20,000 bases of DNA from an uncultured virus (IMG/VR IMGVR_UViG_3300028393_000063) (lineage: Duplodnaviria > Heunggongvirae > Uroviricota > Caudoviricetes). The notes under the pieces are model-generated. The model was not told the origin of the DNA and did no database searches. It saw nothing but the letters and a program-made list of their open reading frames with translations. The translations under genes were made by a program, and so were the position numbers. The stretch lies in IMG/VR virus record IMGVR_UViG_3300028393_000063; one strand, 5' to 3'. Shown in pieces: positions 16,263 to 20,000 of the stretch. Positions within the stretch are counted from its first letter, which is position 1; the number at the start of each line of letters is the position of its first letter.

Positions 16263-17290
16263 TATCTATCTCCATTCATTTGTTCGGCAACCTTCTTGGC
16301 GTATAACTCTAAGGGTACTCCTAAGCGTTTCGCAATTGAAATTTGCGTTGGCGTTAGTTGTATCTTTTTTGGTGCGGCAGAACGAGTAGCCGGAGCCACT
16401 ACATTTGCTGCTGGTTTGGCACGGCGTGGACTATCTGTCTTTGCCGGTTCTACTTCAGTTTTTTCTTCGCTCCCGAAATAATCGGGGAATCTTTTACGGA
16501 TTGTATCACTAATCTTAGCATAATAGTCGTCCGTTCCAACATATTTTTCACCAAACTCACGAGCAAGCTGGTTATGTTTAGTTAAAGCGAGACCAGTCAT
16601 CTCATCTTCTTCTGAACTTTCACCACCGTACCAAGGGTTATTTTCTAGCCAATTGTCTAGTTTTGAGTCTTGAGGCTGCTGCTGTTGTTGTTGAGGAATA
16701 TTATATTGCTGCTCTTGTATTGCAATAGGGCGCAAGTTCTGAGCCTTATCCATTTTAAGAGTAGCTTCTGCCATTCTCTGCTGTGCTTCTGCTAGTGCGT
16801 CACCATCCCCGGCTTCATAAGCTTCTTTAAAAGCCTTTTTAGCCATACCAAGTTCGGTTTCAGCGCTATTTTTGCCTTGCTCAATATAAACTTTGCTACC
16901 TTCATGTAAAGATGCTTGCAATCTCCTGTTTTCATCTACAAGAACTTGGGCAACTCGAAGGGCTTCTTCCCGCATACGAAAAGCTTCTTCTTTAGCACGG
17001 CGTTCATCGTGGTATCCACGACCTAGCTTTTTAATACGCTTTTGAACTTTTTCATCATAAGAGGCCAGTTCATCCTCCGTTATATCTTCCGGAGGTTGTT
17101 CCATTGGCTTACGATTACGGTCTTCTGGGGGCGTATCTTCTACAATTTCAATATCCAGTTCGGGCTCTTCTTTAGCCTTTTTAGTGACTTTAGTTTCTGC
17201 TTCATCTGGGAATACAAACTCTGTATCCTCATTAACTGGGACCATTTTTCCGTCTTTAAAGACGGATGTTCCAAATTCTTCCATTGCCAT
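16262..17290 (-). CDS. Capsid scaffolding protein
   Basis: 342 aa; acidic N-terminus, long coiled coil, W...NPW, C-terminal LT..Q..IAKRLGVP.E.YA helix; between portal and MCP. Confidence 0.75.
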   Translation of the reverse strand: MAMEEFGTSVFKDGKMVPVNEDTEFVFPDEAETKVTKKAKEEPELDIEIVEDTPPEDRNRKPMEQPPEDITEDELASYDEKVQKRIKKLGRGYHDERRAKEEAFRMREEALRVAQVLVDENRRLQASLHEGSKVYIEQGKNSAETELGMAKKAFKEAYEAGDGDALAEAQQRMAEATLKMDKAQNLRPIAIQEQQYNIPQQQQQQPQDSKLDNWLENNPWYGGESSEEDEMTGLALTKHNQLAREFGEKYVGTDDYYAKISDTIRKRFPDYFGSEEKTEVEPAKTDSPRRAKPAANVVAPATRSAAPKKIQLTPTQISIAKRLGVPLELYAKKVAEQMNGDR

Positions 17291-17300
17291 TTATATCTCC

Positions 17301-17702
17301 TTATGCTCGTGTAATCCCACGGGGGTCTTGAACAACAGCTTCTACGCTATCGTCATTTATGATTCTGAACTCTTGACCATGAATCTTTACTCGTGAACCT
17401 GAGTTTGGTCTAATAAGAACAAAATCTCCTACTTTACACAGTGGTCCGCTTGGAAAACGCTCTTTATCTGCATAAGCGTCAGGTCCTAAATCCATCACAA
17501 ACAACACCGGAGTTAATACTTCCTCGTAGTGCATAGTCTGGTCTGACTTTAAAATACCCCCTTCAAACTCTTCGTCAGCTGCTGGAACCATACATAAAAT
17601 ATGGTAGCCTGCTGGCTTTGGAAGCTGTGTTGCCTTTTGCTCTGCTTTCGCAGGGATTTGTGATATGTTACCTACTGCATCACTTATTAATAAATCACTC
17701 AT
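17301..17702 (-). CDS. groES: Co-chaperonin GroES-like (Cpn10)
   Basis: P.GY.IL, GGIL mobile loop, V..LGPDAY, CKVGD.V, G....I.G.E.RIINDD.V.AVV; likely start is the third ATG after AAGGA. Confidence 0.88.
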   Translation of the reverse strand: MSDLLISDAVGNISQIPAKAEQKATQLPKPAGYHILCMVPAADEEFEGGILKSDQTMHYEEVLTPVLFVMDLGPDAYADKERFPSGPLCKVGDFVLIRPNSGSRVKIHGQEFRIINDDSVEAVVQDPRGITRA

Positions 17703-17886
17703 CATCATCCTTATTTAGTTTCTGCTCACGGTCTTTGATTAACTCAATAGCAAGGGCAAGACCACGGATAACCCCAACTACATGCTTATACTCTTCAAAA
17801 TCTTTGCAATTGCCTGCGGCAATAAATTCTGATTTTCCATCAATCTGCTTCTGTAATTCCTTACAGAGATAGTCATACTCGTTCAT
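17695..17886 (-). CDS. Small helical hypothetical protein after the portal
   Basis: 63 aa; G...DFEEYK...G.IRGL; overlaps both neighbours. Confidence 0.8.
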   Translation of the reverse strand: MNEYDYLCKELQKQIDGKSEFIAAGNCKDFEEYKHVVGVIRGLALAIELIKDREQKLNKDDDE

Positions 17887-20000
17887 TACTTAGTTTCCTT
17901 TTTAAAGGATTGCTGCGCTGGAGTTAATTCTCTTTTAGATGCGTGGTCATAGGATTTAGCGGTCATAGCATGGTTATGCTGACGTTCCCGATTTATTGCA
18001 TCTATTGCTAACTTTGCTCCGGATTCTAGTTGCTGAGCTTTTATTTTCTGTGCATTACTTGCTGTTGTTGCAGAAAGTTGAGCCTGTGCGGTAGCTGCTT
18101 GGCTCTGAATACGCTGAGCCTCAATTTCTAACTGCTTAAGTTTAAGTTGAGCATCGGTCTGGTCTTTCTGAGACTTACGTTGCTGTTCTTGTGCTTTTAA
18201 CTCCAACTCTTTTTGCTGCATCTGGATAATCGGGTCTTGCGCTTGCTGAGCGGCTTGCGCTTGTTTTTGCTGATTTTGATTCTGTTGTAGCAACTGCTGA
18301 GCGGCTTGGGCCAATCTTAACGACAAGGCTGCTTCTATTTCCGGAGTCATATTAACGTCTTCTTCTATTCCTGAGTCGTCCATTTTTTGTGGTGGCAAGC
18401 TAATACCCAACTGTTTCTCAATATCTTTACGATACTGGAACCCAATGTGTTCATTAACGTGTGCCATCATAGCTTGTTGTAGTTGCGGGGCTACTGGGTT
18501 TCCTTGTAACAGTTGCATAATCTTAGGGTCTTGCATTGCTGCCATATGAACCGTGATATGCGCTTGATGGTCTTGGTAGCTGAAAGCCTTGACAGGTTTC
18601 ATCATTAAGACGTTCTGATTTTCCGTAACTGGGTCAGTAGGTTTTTGGTCGTCCGACATCGGAATAAGTTTAGCGGCGTTCTTAACCCCAAGTGTCTCCA
18701 CCATCTGTCTATGTAAGAGAGGAAGGTTATATAACTGAGGCGCTTGTTGAGCCAACTGAAGTACCGCTTGATACTGCACAATCTTTTGTGCCATCGTACT
18801 TGCATTTGGGTCGCTGACTGGAATAACTTCAACATCATCGTAGTCCGATTTTTTTGCTGAAGCTTTACCTTCTTCTGGCTCGTAATCGTATTCCTCTGGT
18901 GTATAGTCCGCAATAATATGCTTAAGTAACTTAAACTCTTGTTTCATAGAGTAATGTAAACGTGCCTGAATAGCAGTCATTACTTTTAAGGTGCGCTCAA
19001 GAATAGCTAAGGTAGTACCGACTGGAGCATTTCCACCCATATCAGATACTTGCAAATCACCGGCGGAAATAAAGTTTCTACCTTCTGTAACAATCGAATT
19101 AAACAACTGCGATAGCGTCTGACTTGGTTCTTTATACGGCAAGAGCATAATGTTATCTTTAATACTACCGCTCGGTACATCTACGTCCCTAAACTCTCCG
19201 GGGCTAATCGGCGTGTCGTCCCCTTTAACACGAAGTCCCCTTGCTTTAAGTCCGCCGGGTAAGTTTGAAAGAGTTCCCGCATCAATAAGCTGACGTAACA
19301 TAGTAGTAGCACTACGAGCATAACCGCCAATAAGGTGTATGAGACCATACCCGTAGAACCCAAACCCCGGTACATACTGATAATGCACAAAGTGAATTCG
19401 TTTAGACTTTAGTGTATCTTCTTCATACCAATTTCTACGAATAGCAAGTACATGACCAGTGCTTTTTTCTATAGTTATGACATAAGGCAGGGCAATTCCT
19501 GTCTCTTTACCGTCTTTTTTGTCCTCAAACCCCGGTAAATCGTAGTCAACGTGCATCTCTAAAATGCGGAAACGGTTGTCGTTTATAGCTGAAAAACCCT
19601 GTTCTTCGGCTTTTCTCTTCTCTATATCGTCTAAAACAGCTAAAGGCTCCCCTAATTCTATGTCTCTATAAAACCCAGCAACCATTAATTTCTTAACATC
19701 GTTCTTAGTTTTACGCATAATATGCGTCATACGCTCTGCGGTATCTAAGTTTGAAGCCCCGTATGGTACAACGAAGTCTTCTGCTGGTATAAACATAGCT
19801 ACTTGCCTATCCAAACTTGGGTCAAAATACACCTTTTTAAACGCTGAGCCGGCTAATGGTAAATTCCACAATAACTTCTCGTGCTCAGGACGGTACTCTG
19901 TCATCTGGTCCATTAACTTATAATTCATATCGTCTGAGACTCTAATTGATGATTCTTTTTTAGCGTTTGTCTCTTTGCCGATAATCTGTGTCTTTACTGG
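17886..20000 (-). CDS. Portal protein (P22-like), 5'-truncated
   Basis: The frame is open to the window edge (PVKTQIIGKET...RVSDDMNY); LPLAGSAFKKVY.D, GFYGYGLIH, L.DAGTL.NLPGG and LPYKEPS motifs; long Gln-rich C-terminal coiled coil. Confidence 0.88.
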   Translation of the reverse strand, partial: PVKTQIIGKETNAKKESSIRVSDDMNYKLMDQMTEYRPEHEKLLWNLPLAGSAFKKVYFDPSLDRQVAMFIPAEDFVVPYGASNLDTAERMTHIMRKTKNDVKKLMVAGFYRDIELGEPLAVLDDIEKRKAEEQGFSAINDNRFRILEMHVDYDLPGFEDKKDGKETGIALPYVITIEKSTGHVLAIRRNWYEEDTLKSKRIHFVHYQYVPGFGFYGYGLIHLIGGYARSATTMLRQLIDAGTLSNLPGGLKARGLRVKGDDTPISPGEFRDVDVPSGSIKDNIMLLPYKEPSQTLSQLFNSIVTEGRNFISAGDLQVSDMGGNAPVGTTLAILERTLKVMTAIQARLHYSMKQEFKLLKHIIADYTPEEYDYEPEEGKASAKKSDYDDVEVIPVSDPNASTMAQKIVQYQAVLQLAQQAPQLYNLPLLHRQMVETLGVKNAAKLIPMSDDQKPTDPVTENQNVLMMKPVKAFSYQDHQAHITVHMAAMQDPKIMQLLQGNPVAPQLQQAMMAHVNEHIGFQYRKDIEKQLGISLPPQKMDDSGIEEDVNMTPEIEAALSLRLAQAAQQLLQQNQNQQKQAQAAQQAQDPIIQMQQKELELKAQEQQRKSQKDQTDAQLKLKQLEIEAQRIQSQAATAQAQLSATTASNAQKIKAQQLESGAKLAIDAINRERQHNHAMTAKSYDHASKRELTPAQQSFKKETK

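Noticed and set aside
16676..16695. Poly-Gln CAA/CAG tract in the scaffold (and the Gln-rich portal tail)
   Set aside because: Short, mixed-codon low-complexity linker; ordinary.
164..17872. Plus-strand ORFs in the track other than 13365 and 13787 (e.g. 164-460, 4026-4448, 8079-8483, 16125-16481) and nested minus-strand ORFs
   Set aside because: They are shadows of well-supported overlapping genes and have no recognisable motifs.
1..20000. Stop-codon reassignment, tRNA genes, introns or inteins
   Set aside because: Genes tile densely under the standard code; no cloverleaf or splicing motifs were noticed, and the portal and MCP appear uninterrupted.

Overview
This is a tailed-phage (Caudoviricetes, probably podovirus-like) virion morphogenesis region, almost entirely on the minus strand. 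Reading from 20000 downwards: portal (5'-truncated), a small ORF, GroES-like co-chaperonin, scaffold, two head-associated proteins, major capsid protein and an intrinsic terminator. Next comes an inserted plus-strand three-gene cassette (small membrane protein, minimal HslV/proteasome-like Thr protease, HNH nuclease). The minus-strand genes then resume with a pseudoknotted RNA element, structural genes, a cluster of small Lys/Gly-rich 'xKGG' proteins, neck/adaptor proteins, a 1117-aa beta-helical tail fibre with an intramolecular chaperone, two small genes, a 20-aa-repeat protein and a second fibre that runs off the window. The most notable signals are: (1) a synonymously invariant 15-nt motif repeated six times in the tail fibre and bounding blocks of different GC content, suggesting recombination anchors for fibre shuffling; (2) a pseudoknot RNA (Mu-gpT-DE-like) displaced from the capsid gene by the cassette; (3) a minimal proteasome-like protease; (4) a shared xKGG motif and a scaffold-like AKRLGVP motif in small basic proteins. 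All family assignments come from motif recognition and gene order; no database search was run.
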